Made by a program: the position numbers and the translations under genes. This document shows, one piece after another, positions 1-10,066 of a stretch of 64,000 nucleotides of DNA (position 1 is its first letter; each line of letters begins with the position of its first letter). A model generated the notes under the pieces. That model worked only from the letters and a program-made list of their open reading frames with translations. It ran no database searches and was not told the DNA's origin. Origin of the DNA: Alistipes sp. (GTDB taxonomy: Bacteria; Bacteroidota; Bacteroidia; Bacteroidales; Rikenellaceae); assembly GCA_017560425.1 (NCBI GenBank), contig JAFZEX010000028.1, forward strand, positions 3,736-67,735. The letters run 5' to 3'.

Positions 1-233
1 CACGTGCCAGCATATACCTCCTCCCACTCAACGAACTCGTCACGCTCAACACGCTCCTTGAACTCCTCGTTGGTGAGGAAATAGTAGTCTACGCCATTCT
101 GCTCCTGACCTCGTGGCTGACGTGATGTTGCCGAAATCGAGAACTCGAACTGCGGAAAACGCTTCAACAACTCACGAACAATAGTTGTCTTACCCGAGCC
201 ACTTGGGGCTGAAAATATCACTAACTTACCCAT
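1..233 (-). CDS. gmk: Guanylate kinase, N-terminal part (runs off window start)
   Basis: Manual translation from ATG at 233: [23 protein letters not shown]...[22 protein letters not shown]; P-loop and GMP kinase motifs; downstream of yicC as usual. Confidence 0.95.
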   Translation of the reverse strand, partial: MGKLVIFSAPSGSGKTTIVRELLKRFPQFEFSISATSRQPRGQEQNGVDYYFLTNEEFKERVERDEFVEWEEVYAGT

Positions 234-245
234 CGTATCTTTCAA

Positions 246-1118
246 TTACAAAATATTGAGTACCTGCTCCTTAATCTTCTCGAGCTCATCTTTCATCTTA
301 ACTACAAGACGCTGCATGTTTGCCTCGTTCGACTTCGAGCCCATGGTGTTAATCTCACGTCCAAGCTCCTGAGCAATGAAGCCGAGCTTGCGGCCTGGTG
401 CCTCCTCCTCGGCTGCCACCTCTCTGAAGTAGTTGCAGTGGTTGTCGAGGCGCACCTTCTCCTCCGTGATGTCGAGCTTCTCGATGTAGAATATCATCTC
501 CTGCTCGAGGCGGTTGTTATCAACCTCAAGCTGTAGCTTCTCGATATTCTCACGAATACGTGTCTTGATAACCTCTACACGTGCACCCTCGAAAGGCTCT
601 ACCTCGTGGCGATACTGCTCGATAAGGTCGATGCGCTTGAGTAGGTCGGCAATAAGGATAGCACCCTCCTGCACTCGGAACTTATTGAGCTCCTCGGCAG
701 CAATCGCCGTAGCCTCAAGAATAGCCTTTAGCTCGTCGTCCGACACCTCACGCTCCTCGTTTGTCACAACATCGGGCATGCGCAACACCGAGCGAAGAAG
801 TGCATCGTCCGATATTGTCAAGCCACCCTCTGCCGACACCTGGCGAAGCTCCTCAGCATATGCCTTGAATGTCTCACGGTTGATGTGTGACGATGTCTCA
901 GCCACAGCCGCCTCGAACGATACAAAGCAATCGACCTTACCACGCTGAAGCTCACGTGTGACGATGCTACGCACCTCGGCCTCTGCGGCACGATACTTCG
1001 AAGGAATCTTTATCGAGAGGTCGAGCTGCTTTGAGTTTAGCGAGCGAAGCTCAACACGAAATTTCTTATCACCTACCACGGCCTCGCCCTTGCCGAAGCC
1101 TGTCATCGACTTAATCAT
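246..1118 (-). CDS. yicC: YicC/YloC family endoribonuclease
   Basis: MIKSMTGFG start, RGKVD, DITEEKVRL, GRKLGFIAQELGREINTMGSK motifs; yicC-gmk synteny. Confidence 0.95.
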   Translation of the reverse strand: MIKSMTGFGKGEAVVGDKKFRVELRSLNSKQLDLSIKIPSKYRAAEAEVRSIVTRELQRGKVDCFVSFEAAVAETSSHINRETFKAYAEELRQVSAEGGLTISDDALLRSVLRMPDVVTNEEREVSDDELKAILEATAIAAEELNKFRVQEGAILIADLLKRIDLIEQYRHEVEPFEGARVEVIKTRIRENIEKLQLEVDNNRLEQEMIFYIEKLDITEEKVRLDNHCNYFREVAAEEEAPGRKLGFIAQELGREINTMGSKSNEANMQRLVVKMKDELEKIKEQVLNIL

Positions 1119-1272
1119 ATCAGAGTAAGATTTTGGTACTTATACATTAATTTGCAAATATACAAAATATTTCGCAAAAGAACAAACTATGCTACTCACA
1201 GCAAAACAACAACCCCACGAGAAGTGCCGAAACACAACCCGTGGAGCATTAACCATCACGACCAACCACCAC

Positions 1273-1791
1273 TTAACACTTTGGGCAGTTGTCTAAGCCA
1301 TATTTTAAAACATTCTTAATTCTATCCTCCAAGTGATCTACAACTTCAAATAGAGTCAGCACATTTAATCGCTCTTTGAGATAATGGAGTGGTGCTGTGA
1401 TGGGCCCTCCGCAAGTCTCGATAACAACCTTATCGTCGGGTCTATTACCCTCAAAAACCACTTCATACTCGAAATCATCACCGTAGCAAAAACCGACGAA
1501 CGCCGCCTCGCCCTCACAAAATTCGTAAGCAGTAATTCGCACACGCTCACACACTTCGCCCTCGAAACATATTGTCAGTAACTCGGGGTTAGGCTCACCC
1601 GGAACAATCTTTTGTAGATGCTCGATATTGGTCTCAAGAATATAGTCGTAATCCGAATTAAATGGAACATATACAAAACCATTATCTTTCAGAAAATTGC
1701 ACTCAGACTGAATCTCGTTGAGTCGTGTTCTGTAGATTGGCTCTTTGTCTGTAGGCTTCGCAAAGAACTCTGCAATAAAATCGTAGCGCAT
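1273..1791 (-). CDS. Hypothetical protein (172 aa)
   Basis: Open frame with its own TAACTTTG -7 element at 1820-1827; no family recognised. Confidence 0.7.
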   Translation of the reverse strand: MRYDFIAEFFAKPTDKEPIYRTRLNEIQSECNFLKDNGFVYVPFNSDYDYILETNIEHLQKIVPGEPNPELLTICFEGEVCERVRITAYEFCEGEAAFVGFCYGDDFEYEVVFEGNRPDDKVVIETCGGPITAPLHYLKERLNVLTLFEVVDHLEDRIKNVLKYGLDNCPKC

Positions 1792-1867
1792 AACTTTACC
1801 ATTTTAAAATTCAACACTACAAAGTTATACCCACGTTTTGACAATTTGCGTCAATAATAAAAGATTT

Positions 1868-2473
1868 CTACCCCCAAACCTCAAATTCCCAATCCATAGG
1901 TGACATTGCGGTTAAGCTTTTACGTAAATTTTCCTGAATTTCAAGATAGAATTCATATTTATCGATTTTACTCCAACTAAGATTTTTATCCAAATTAATA
2001 TTTGGAAATCTGGCTTCTTCAATCTTATCCAATATTATACTATCAATAGGCACATGCAAGTATGGGTAAAATCTACCTAACCATTCAAATTTTCCCGTAA
2101 AATTACCTTCTGACAACACACATAGATATTTCATTGTCATATTAACCCACTTCTGAGCCTGACCATAGGTCAGCTCCGCCACACCACGTTTTCTATACTC
2201 CTCAATTATTTTCTCACATAACTCAAAATGGAACTTATCGTATGCCCCTTGGTTAGCATCTGACAAGTTTTTGATCTTTTCTACTATGAGTTCATTCACA
2301 CTGTTTCGGCACTCATTATTTTTATCTTTATCATCTTTATCCTTAAACTTTATTGTTCGGCACAAATCTCGATATGCTCGGTCAGCAGCAGCCTTGTAAA
2401 CATCCGACTCATTACTACCAAATAGGCACACTCTATAAAATTTTACAATTTTTTCCACCAAATAATTATCCAT
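1868..2473 (-). CDS. Hypothetical protein, AT-rich, possible HhH-GPD-like (DNA glycosylase-like) fold
   Basis: 201-aa ORF with motif-like TYGQAQKWVNMTMKYL, LHVPIDSIIL and WSKID segments; visibly more AT-rich than its neighbours; the fold is inference only. Confidence 0.7.
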   Translation of the reverse strand: MDNYLVEKIVKFYRVCLFGSNESDVYKAAADRAYRDLCRTIKFKDKDDKDKNNECRNSVNELIVEKIKNLSDANQGAYDKFHFELCEKIIEEYRKRGVAELTYGQAQKWVNMTMKYLCVLSEGNFTGKFEWLGRFYPYLHVPIDSIILDKIEEARFPNINLDKNLSWSKIDKYEFYLEIQENLRKSLTAMSPMDWEFEVWG

Positions 2474-2587
2474 AGTGCTATTAGTTTAAGTTAAATAATA
2501 TTAGTGGTATAAAGATAATAAAAATAAACCACATCTAAAAATCACAAGTCATTGCGTTTTGACCGTGCAAACCTCTCTCAGCGCACT

Positions 2588-2713
2588 ATTTTTTGTTAGA
2601 AGGGTTGCAGATGTGGCCTTGACATGAAGAAGCCCCGGATGGGACATACTTGATGTATTTCCCATTCGGGGCTTTGATTGAAAGGTCGCAGATGCGCCCT
2701 TATCACAAGAAAT
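2588..2713. repeat. 126-bp palindromic intergenic element, family A copy 1 (ERIC/MITE-like)
   Basis: Near-identical to 14486-14611; ends ATTTTTTGTTAGAA / TTATCACAAGAAAT; ends 2 nt from the DUF1015 stop codon. Confidence 0.9.
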
Positions 2714-2715
2714 AA

Positions 2716-3957
2716 TTACTCGAATGAGTGAATAACCACACCCGAACGCAACTTAGGCTCAAACCAAGTTGTCTTAGGAGGCATGATGTTGCCGGTGTCA
2801 GCGATGTCGAAGAGCTGCTGCATAGATACTGGGTACAATGCGAAAGCAACCTTCATCTCGCCGCTATTAACACGCTTCTGCAACTCGCCCAAGCCACGGA
2901 TACCGCCAACGAAGTCGATACGCTTAGAAGTACGGAGGTCAGCGATGCCGAGAACCTTATCCAAAACGAGGTTAGAGAGAACTGATACGTCGAGAACGCC
3001 GATAGGATCGTTATCGTCGTAAGTACCCTCCTTAGCAGTCATTGAGTACCACTCACCATCGATGTACATTGCGAAGTTGTGAAGTGCGTTAGGAGTGTAG
3101 ATCTCTGCACCCTTCTTCTCAACAACGAATGACTCCTCGATAGCCTTCAAGAAATCCTCCTTAGAAAGACCGTTAAGATCCTTAACTACACGGTTGTAGT
3201 CGATGATGCGAAGGTGTGATGCAGGGAAAGTAACTGCCAAGAAGAAGCAGTACTCCTCGTCGCCTGTGTGGTTAGGGTTCTTAGAAGCGCACTCCTGACC
3301 CACACGTGCAGCAGCAGCTGTACGGTGGTGACCATCAGCAACATACAAAGCTGGGATACCCTTGAAGATCTCAGTGATGCGGTCATTAACAGCCTTATCA
3401 CGGATAACCCACATGTGGTGACCGAAGCCGTCCTCAGCAACGAAGTCGTAGTCTGCCTCGTGCTCCTTAACCCAACCTGAAACGATAGCGTCGATCTCAG
3501 CCTCGTCAGGGTAAGCAAAGAATACAGGCTCGATGTTTGCCTTCTGGTTGCGAACGTGGATCATACGATCCTCCTCCTTATCAACACGTGTAAGCTCGTG
3601 CTTCTTGATAGCGCCAGAGAGGTAGTCCTCATAGTGGCAGCACATAGCGATACCATACTGAGTACGGCCGTTCATAGTCTGAGCGTAGATGTAGTAGTAC
3701 TCCTCGCCATCCTGTGCCAACCAGCCCTTCTCCTTCCAGATGCGGAAGTTCTCCATAGCCTTATCGTAAGCCTCCTGTGAGTGCTCATCAGCGATAGGAT
3801 CGAAGTCGATCTCAGGCTTAATGATGTGGAGCAAAGAACGCTCACCAGCCTCAGCCTTAGCCTCTACTGAGTTAAGAACGTCGTAAGGACGTGATGCAAC
3901 CTCTGATGCGAGCTCCTTTGGAGGACGAATACCCTGGAAAGGTTTAATTCTTACCAT
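2716..3957 (-). CDS. DUF1015 family protein
   Basis: PYDV, IKKHELT, YVADGHHR and MPPKTTWFEPKLRSG motifs; typical serC-serA-DUF1015 operon. Confidence 0.9.
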   Translation of the reverse strand: MVRIKPFQGIRPPKELASEVASRPYDVLNSVEAKAEAGERSLLHIIKPEIDFDPIADEHSQEAYDKAMENFRIWKEKGWLAQDGEEYYYIYAQTMNGRTQYGIAMCCHYEDYLSGAIKKHELTRVDKEEDRMIHVRNQKANIEPVFFAYPDEAEIDAIVSGWVKEHEADYDFVAEDGFGHHMWVIRDKAVNDRITEIFKGIPALYVADGHHRTAAAARVGQECASKNPNHTGDEEYCFFLAVTFPASHLRIIDYNRVVKDLNGLSKEDFLKAIEESFVVEKKGAEIYTPNALHNFAMYIDGEWYSMTAKEGTYDDNDPIGVLDVSVLSNLVLDKVLGIADLRTSKRIDFVGGIRGLGELQKRVNSGEMKVAFALYPVSMQQLFDIADTGNIMPPKTTWFEPKLRSGVVIHSFE

Positions 3958-3994
3958 ATTTGTTAATAGTTTTAGCTTGTTAGTTTATTCTATG

Positions 3995-4026
3995 TAAGGG
4001 TGTCGGCTTTTACACCAACACCCTAC
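3995..4026 (-). other. Intercistronic stem-loop between serA and DUF1015
   Basis: AGGGTGTCGGC-TTTTAC-ACCAACACCCT inverted repeat with no clear U-tract. Confidence 0.6.
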
Positions 4027-4038
4027 TATCTATTTTAA

Positions 4039-4158
4039 TAATAATCTATGATTGAGGAATTTTGAAGCTGCTCGCAGTTGTAAAATGCGGAGTTTACTTT
4101 GGTAAATGAGCAATTTTACAACAAGGCAGATGCCAAAATAACCAATCAGAGGCTATTA
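4039..4158. repeat. ~120-bp palindromic element, family B copy 1
   Basis: Core AAAATGCGGAGTTTAC-TTTG-GTAAATGAGCAATTTT shared with 49015-49139; imperfect terminal inverted repeat overlaps the serA stop codon. Confidence 0.75.
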
Positions 4159-5079
4159 TTTATTTACCTGGAAGCGAACGTTACCGTTAACAAAGAAATC
4201 AACGATCTGACGTGCAGCAGCCAAGCCAGCGTTTACGTTAGCCTCAGCAGTCTCAGCACCCTGCTTCTTAGGAGTACCGAAGTAGCGCTTGCCAAACTTC
4301 TCAGCGTAAACATCCTTAGTATCTGGAGCAACGTCTGTGATATACTTCAAGTCCTCACGCTCCTCCATAGCCTTCATAAGACCCTCCTCGTTGATAACCT
4401 CCTTACGAGCGGTATTAACGATAGTAGCGCCCTTAGGCATTGACATAGCGAGGTCGTAACCGATAGAACCCTTAGTCTCAGCAGTTGCAGGAATGTGCAA
4501 TGAGAGGTAGTCAGCAGCAGCGTAAAGCTCAGCAACTGAGTTCATCTTCTTAACGCCATCACGCTCGAATACAGCCTCGTCAGTGATGAATGGATCGTAA
4601 GCAACAACGTTCATGCCGAGAGCCTTACCCTTCAAACCAACCAAGCGACCTACGTTACCGTAAGCGTGGATAGCAAGAGTCTTACCCTGAAGCTCAGAAC
4701 CTGTACCAGGGTTGAACTGGTTACGAGCCATGTAAACCATCATACCAAGAGCCAACTCAGCAACAGCGTTTGAGTTCTGGCCTGGAGTGTTCATAACTAC
4801 TACATTCTTAGCCTTAGCAGCAGCGCAATCTACGTTATCGTAGCCAGCACCTGCACGAACAACAATCTTAAGCTGCTTAGCAGCCTCAAGAACCTCAGCT
4901 GTAACCTTGTCGCTACGGATGATAAGAGCATCAACATCAGCAACAGCAGCCAAAAGCTCTGCCTTGTCAGCATACTTCTCAAGGCGTACTACCTCATAGT
5001 TAGCCTCCTTCAAGATAGCCTCAATACCCTCAACAGCGGTCTTTGCGAAAGGCTTCTCAGTTGCAATAAGTACCTTCAT
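4156..5079 (-). CDS. serA: D-3-phosphoglycerate dehydrogenase (short type, no ACT domain)
   Basis: RAGAGYDNVD, MNTPGQNSNAVAE and VNTAR motifs; located in the serC operon. Confidence 0.9.
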   Translation of the reverse strand: MKVLIATEKPFAKTAVEGIEAILKEANYEVVRLEKYADKAELLAAVADVDALIIRSDKVTAEVLEAAKQLKIVVRAGAGYDNVDCAAAKAKNVVVMNTPGQNSNAVAELALGMMVYMARNQFNPGTGSELQGKTLAIHAYGNVGRLVGLKGKALGMNVVAYDPFITDEAVFERDGVKKMNSVAELYAAADYLSLHIPATAETKGSIGYDLAMSMPKGATIVNTARKEVINEEGLMKAMEEREDLKYITDVAPDTKDVYAEKFGKRYFGTPKKQGAETAEANVNAGLAAARQIVDFFVNGNVRFQVNK

Positions 5080-5114
5080 AATAGGTTTAAATCTTATTAA
5101 ATTTTAGTTATTAA

Positions 5115-5147
5115 GGTAGCCATTGGGCATTACACCCAATAGCTACC
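5115..5147 (-). other. Intercistronic stem-loop between serC and serA
   Basis: GGTAGCCATTGGGC-ATTAC-ACCCAATAGCTACC inverted repeat. Confidence 0.6.
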
Positions 5148-5177
5148 ATATATATTAATTAAGTATTGTCGGACGGA

Positions 5178-6257
5178 TTACATGTGAAGAGCCTCGAACT
5201 CCTTCATGCAAGCTACCAAAGCCTCTACAGACTCCTTTGGACAAGCGTTGTAGATAGAAGCACGGAAACCACCTACTGAACGGTGACCCTTGATACCTAC
5301 CATACCCTTCTCCTTAGCGAAGTCCATGAACGCCTTCTCAAGATCCTCCTTACCTGGAGCCATTACGAAGCAAACGTTCATCAAAGAGCGGTCCTCCTTA
5401 GCAGCAGTACCTACGAACATAGAGTTGCGGTCGATCTCGTTGTAGAGCAACTCAGCCTTCTCCTTGTTCATCTTGTACATTACCTCAACACCACCGAGCT
5501 CCTTAACCCACTTCAATGTCTGGTACATTACGAAGATAGGGAATACAGGAGGAGTGTTGTACATAGAGCGGTTGCGAGCCTCCTCTGGGTAGTGAGTAGC
5601 GTAGTCAACCATTGACTGAAGCTTACGCTCTGACTGGCCAAGAAGATCCTTGCGGATGATAACGAAAGTAACGCCAGCAGGGCCTACGTTCTTCTGAGCA
5701 CCACCATAGATCATACCGTACTTCTTGATGTCGATAGGACGAGACATGATATCAGATGACATATCAGCAACCAAAGTTACAGGAGAGTCGATATCCTCGT
5801 GGATCTCAGTACCGTAGATAGTATTGTTAGTTGTGATGTGGAAGTAATCAACATCAGTTGGGATAGTGTAGTTCTTAGGAATGTAGCTGTAAGTCTTGTC
5901 CTCAGAAGAAGCAACAACCTCTACCTCGCCATAGAACTTAGCCTCCTTAACTGCCTTCTTAGCCCAAACGCCAGTCTGCAAGTAAGCAGCCTTAGTCTTA
6001 AGAAGGTTAGCAGGAACCTGGAAGAACTGAGTTGAAGCACCACCACCTACGAAGAAGATTGCATACTCCTCAGGGATGTTCAAAAGGTCACGCCATAGCT
6101 GCTCAACCTCAGCCATTACACGCTCCCAACCTGGAGTACGGTGAGAGATCTCAAGAATACCGATACCTGTACCGTCGAAATCACGGATAGCCTCGATAGC
6201 AGCCTCAACAGCCTGCTTTGGGAGTACGCAAGGACCTGCGTTGAAATTGTGTTTCAT
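5178..6257 (-). CDS. serC: Phosphoserine aminotransferase (start reassigned to ATG at 6257)
   Basis: MKHNFNAGP start, [13 protein letters not shown] (PLP lysine), [16 protein letters not shown]. Confidence 0.97.
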   Translation of the reverse strand: MKHNFNAGPCVLPKQAVEAAIEAIRDFDGTGIGILEISHRTPGWERVMAEVEQLWRDLLNIPEEYAIFFVGGGASTQFFQVPANLLKTKAAYLQTGVWAKKAVKEAKFYGEVEVVASSEDKTYSYIPKNYTIPTDVDYFHITTNNTIYGTEIHEDIDSPVTLVADMSSDIMSRPIDIKKYGMIYGGAQKNVGPAGVTFVIIRKDLLGQSERKLQSMVDYATHYPEEARNRSMYNTPPVFPIFVMYQTLKWVKELGGVEVMYKMNKEKAELLYNEIDRNSMFVGTAAKEDRSLMNVCFVMAPGKEDLEKAFMDFAKEKGMVGIKGHRSVGGFRASIYNACPKESVEALVACMKEFEALHM

Positions 6258-6365
6258 AAGTTTAAAAGTGTTTTTAAGTTTGTATTGGTAAATAAAATCT
6301 ACATTATCCTGTTTACTGCGTGACACTTACCTCACTTTAGTGAGTATAATCATCATATAGTCACA

Positions 6366-6373
6366 CAAAGGTA
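6366..6373 (-). promoter_or_regulatory. Bacteroidota -7 promoter element (TACCTTTG) for the serC operon
   Basis: Matches TAnnTTTG consensus ~108 nt upstream of the serC ATG. Confidence 0.6.
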
Positions 6374-6414
6374 ATCATTTTTCGGCATCTTCCAAAGGAA
6401 AACCGATAATTTTT

Positions 6415-7551
6415 CTACAATCGTCGTGCGCCGTCAGAAATTATCACTGCATAGACCTTTGGCTCGTGACCATATTTCTCCGTAAAACGACTCTTCGCAG
6501 TGGCAATAAAGCCATCGTAAAGCTCGCTCTTAACAAGGTTAATAGTGCAGCCACCAAAGCCACCACCCATGATGCGTGAGCCTGTTACACCGCACTCCTC
6601 AGCAACGGTTGCCAAGAAGTCGAGCTCCTCGCACGACACCTCATAATCGCGCGACATACCCCAATGAGTTTCGTACATGCGCTTACCCACGGTCTCGTAG
6701 TCATCACGTTTGAGCGCCTCACATACATCCAACACACGTTGCTCCTCGCCAATAACATAGCGAGCACGCTTGTAGTCCTCCTCCGAGATTTTATCCTTGA
6801 TGGCATCAAGCTGCTCCATTGTAGCACCACGCAAGAACTCCTGACCGAGCACGGCTGCTACCCTCTCGCACGATGCACGACGGTCGTTATATGGCGAGCC
6901 AACAAGCTCATGCTTAACAACCGAGTCGAGCAACACCACCTTGTAGCCATGCTTCTCAGGGTCGAATGGGAAGTACTCGAACTCCATTGAGCGGCAATCG
7001 AGGCGCATAAGATGACCAGCCTTACCGAAGATCGAGGCAAACTGATCCATGATACCACACTTCACACCGCAATAGTTATGCTCTGTTGATTGACCAATGC
7101 GAGCAAGCTCGAAGCGGTCGATACCGAGCGAGAAGAGCTCGTTGAGGGCATTTGCGAATGTAGACTCGAGGGCTGCCGACGACGACATACCAGCACCAAG
7201 AGGCACATCGCCCGAGAAGGCAGTATCGAAGCCCGCAATCTTACCGCCACGCTTCTGAATCTCACGACACACACCAAAGATGTAGCGTGCCCAGCTTGCC
7301 TTGGGAGCATCCTCCTCGTTTAGTCCAAACTCAGCATAATCCTCCAAATCTACTGAGTAAGCACGCACCTTGTCGGTATCATTAAGCCTAATCTCCGCCA
7401 CCATACCCTTGTCGATAGCGCCAGGGAATACAAAGCCACCATTATAGTCGGTATGCTCGCCGATAAGGTTTACTCGTCCTGGCGATGTAAACAACTCGCC
7501 CTGAGAGCCAAACTTCTCCTTAAACTTCTCGTTAATAAGATTTACGTTCAT
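6415..7551 (-). CDS. galK: Galactokinase
   Basis: PGRVNLIGEHTDYN, PLGAGMSSSAA, CGIMDQ, GGGFGGC. Confidence 0.97.
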   Translation of the reverse strand: MNVNLINEKFKEKFGSQGELFTSPGRVNLIGEHTDYNGGFVFPGAIDKGMVAEIRLNDTDKVRAYSVDLEDYAEFGLNEEDAPKASWARYIFGVCREIQKRGGKIAGFDTAFSGDVPLGAGMSSSAALESTFANALNELFSLGIDRFELARIGQSTEHNYCGVKCGIMDQFASIFGKAGHLMRLDCRSMEFEYFPFDPEKHGYKVVLLDSVVKHELVGSPYNDRRASCERVAAVLGQEFLRGATMEQLDAIKDKISEEDYKRARYVIGEEQRVLDVCEALKRDDYETVGKRMYETHWGMSRDYEVSCEELDFLATVAEECGVTGSRIMGGGFGGCTINLVKSELYDGFIATAKSRFTEKYGHEPKVYAVIISDGARRL

Positions 7552-7656
7552 AGTATATTTAGTTTTAGATTACACGCTTGCTCATAATCATTACAAAGTT
7601 ATAAATTTTATTTCTCGTTTGCAACAACTTTTGCACAATTTTACTACCTTTGTGCT

Positions 7657-8148
7657 ATGGAACGTCGTGATAAAGTATTTCAGTGGCTCGATGAGCACAA
7701 CATTGCCTACACGTGGTACGAACACCCCGAGGCACCAACAATCGAGATAGCACGCCAATATTGGCGCAAAGATGGTTCGAAGCATTGCAAGAACCTCTTC
7801 TTCCGCAACCATAAGGGCAACCGCCACTACTTAGTAGTTTTCGACTCGGAGCAGTCGATGGCAATCCACGACCTTGAGCAGATTTTGCGTCAAGGCAAGC
7901 TTTCGTTTGCCTCACCCGAGCGTATGGATAAATGGCTTGGACTACGCCCCGGCTCGGTATCGCCTTTTGGTCTTATTAATGACACCGACAACCATGTTCA
8001 CCTATTCCTCGACGAGAGCTTGCAGCAGCAGCCATCACTCAGCTTTCACCCCAACGACAACCGCTTTACGGTGGTCATCGAGCGAGAGGAGTTTGAGCGC
8101 TACCTTCGAGAGGTTGGCAACACATATGAATATATCAAGCTCTATTAA
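7657..8148 (+). CDS. YbaK/ProX (PrdX-like) prolyl-tRNA editing protein
   Basis: HCKNLFFR, LSFAS, PGSVSPFGLIND and FHPNDN motifs. Confidence 0.9.
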   Translation: MERRDKVFQWLDEHNIAYTWYEHPEAPTIEIARQYWRKDGSKHCKNLFFRNHKGNRHYLVVFDSEQSMAIHDLEQILRQGKLSFASPERMDKWLGLRPGSVSPFGLINDTDNHVHLFLDESLQQQPSLSFHPNDNRFTVVIEREEFERYLREVGNTYEYIKLY

Positions 8149-8190
8149 TTTGGTATTTTAATTGTAGGAGTGTTCCATAAACTTTGAATT

Positions 8191-8805
8191 ATGGGACACT
8201 CTTTTATTGATGCTATAGCCAAGCGCCGTAGCTACTACCATCTATCAGACAGTAAGATTGTTGATGATAGCACAATTATCGCACTCGTCGATAAGCTACT
8301 CCTTACGATGCCAACGCCCTTTAACGTGCAATCTACACGCATAGTACTACTCTTTGACGAGCAACATCGTGAGTTTTGGCATCTACTCATGGGCATACTC
8401 CGCAATATGCTCTCGCCCGAGAGATTTGAGCAGTCAAGTCGCAAAATCGAGAGCGCCTTTATGTCGGGCTGTGGCACGATACTCTTCTATGAAGATGGCG
8501 AGGCCCTCGACAATATGCGCCGCAAGTTTCCGCTCTATGCCAAGAACGTAGATACATGGTCGGAGCATAGCTCGGCGATGTTTCAGTTTGCGATATGGAC
8601 CGCCCTCGAGGATATTGGCTATGGTGCATCACTCCAGCACTATAACCCCCTTGTGGATAATGCCGTTGCCGAGAGGTGGCTCATTAGCCATAAGTGGCGA
8701 CTAATTGCACAGATGCCCTTCGGCACACCCCTCGACATACCCACCGAGCGACTACAACGCTCCTCACCCCTAAAGCGCCGCATCGTCTTTGGCGAGGAGC
8801 CATAA
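8191..8805 (+). CDS. Nitroreductase family protein (Frm2/HBN1-like)
   Basis: KRRSYY, PTPFNVQSTR, GASLQHYNPL, LIAQMPFG. Confidence 0.9.
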   Translation: MGHSFIDAIAKRRSYYHLSDSKIVDDSTIIALVDKLLLTMPTPFNVQSTRIVLLFDEQHREFWHLLMGILRNMLSPERFEQSSRKIESAFMSGCGTILFYEDGEALDNMRRKFPLYAKNVDTWSEHSSAMFQFAIWTALEDIGYGASLQHYNPLVDNAVAERWLISHKWRLIAQMPFGTPLDIPTERLQRSSPLKRRIVFGEEP

Positions 8806-8809
8806 ACCA

Positions 8810-8843
8810 AAATAGGACTACCCAACTGGGCAGTCCTATTTTA
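8810..8843. terminator. Bidirectional intrinsic terminator between convergent genes
   Basis: AAAATAGGACTACCC-AACT-GGGCAGTCCTATTTT. Confidence 0.75.
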
Positions 8844-8859
8844 CGTGTAGCGTTTTCTA

Positions 8860-9312
8860 CTACTTCTGCTGCTTGAGCAAGTCACGAATCTCAGTGAGCA
8901 ATACCTCCTCCTTGGTTGGCTCGGGCTCGGGTGCAGGAGCTGGCTCGGGCTCGGCGGCAGCCTCCTCCTCTTTCTTGCGAAGGTTCGATAGCTTATTAAC
9001 GAGCTTAACCATCACAAATACGCTAAGCGCAATAATCAAGAAGTCGATAATCTGCTGAACAAAAGCACCATACTTCAACGACACCTCAGCAATAGCGGCT
9101 GTTGTATCGGTAGCCTCGGCAGCCTCCTGGATAATCCACTTCAAATCTTTGAAATCGACACCACCTGTAAGGTAGCCAATAGGAGGCATGATAACATCGT
9201 TCACCAATGAGGTAACAATCTTACCGAAAGCGCCACCAATGATAACACCGACTGCCATGTCTACAACATTGCCCTTCATGGCAAACTGCTTAAACTCCTG
9301 TAGAAATCCCAT
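8860..9312 (-). CDS. mscL: Large-conductance mechanosensitive channel (start probably ATG at 9312)
   Basis: [38 protein letters not shown]; C-terminal LLTEIRDLL. Confidence 0.97.
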   Translation of the reverse strand: MGFLQEFKQFAMKGNVVDMAVGVIIGGAFGKIVTSLVNDVIMPPIGYLTGGVDFKDLKWIIQEAAEATDTTAAIAEVSLKYGAFVQQIIDFLIIALSVFVMVKLVNKLSNLRKKEEEAAAEPEPAPAPEPEPTKEEVLLTEIRDLLKQQK

Positions 9313-9496
9313 AATATTTAAATTTTTAGTTAGTTGTTTCACGAAATTATGACAAATATAAGATTATTTTTTGAAATATGCAACAATTAAGCGGAGAGGT
9401 ATGCAGCAACCAAACCGCACTCCCCCTCCGCAACCGAGATCTCGGATTTTAAACTTTATACTTAACTATGCATCAAAGGTATCGATATTTGTGTCA

Positions 9497-10066
9497 TTAG
9501 TCGTAGAACACCACTTCATCAACCTCGACAATCCAATCGAACAGACCCTCGGCACATTGGCTCTGCAGCTGAGCAATCTGCGACGTAGAGGTGGTGTCAG
9601 CAAGCACTGCATTAACAAAGGCGGTGGTTGATGGATAGGTGTTGTTCACCTTATTAGCAAAACACTCATAAAAGGCTCGCTGCGCCTGACGGTCGAGGTC
9701 GGGCGGAAGTATTCCCTCACGCACGAGTGTTTTATATGGGTATATCTTGCGCATATTGTGGGCATCGGCATGTAGCTCGCTCACGATTGTCGAAACCACA
9801 TACACCTCGACAGTGTCGCCACGCCCAGGCAGCTCGATAAAGGCGGTGTAGACGGGATAGTCAATCTCGATGGCATCTACCACATCGTTCGAGAATTGGT
9901 CGAACTCCAACTCCTCGAGGTTGCGCAGGTAGGCACGCTCACGATATGCCCTTACCTCGTTACGCACCTTTTCACGCTCTTTGTGGTTCCACTTTTTGTC
10001 GTTAGCGCAAGATGTTATAGCCACAATCGAGGCGATAACAGCAATACTTAAAATCACTCTTTTCAT
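9497..10066 (-). CDS. Hypothetical lipoprotein
   Basis: Signal peptide with lipobox ITS-C; TAATG overlap with the upstream channel gene. Confidence 0.8.
   Translation of the reverse strand: MKRVILSIAVIASIVAITSCANDKKWNHKEREKVRNEVRAYRERAYLRNLEELEFDQFSNDVVDAIEIDYPVYTAFIELPGRGDTVEVYVVSTIVSELHADAHNMRKIYPYKTLVREGILPPDLDRQAQRAFYECFANKVNNTYPSTTAFVNAVLADTTSTSQIAQLQSQCAEGLFDWIVEVDEVVFYD

Noticed and set aside
6258-6326. N-terminal extensions in the ORF track for serC (also mscL, 39050 and mltG)
   Set aside because: Homology or the signal peptide begins at downstream ATGs (6257, 9312, 39191, 60769); the extensions cover UTR, promoter or SRP RNA.
8915-8975. Pro/Glu/Ala repeat in MscL and the similar low-complexity insert in DUF4831
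   Set aside because: Ordinary flexible linkers; no sign of a distinct element.
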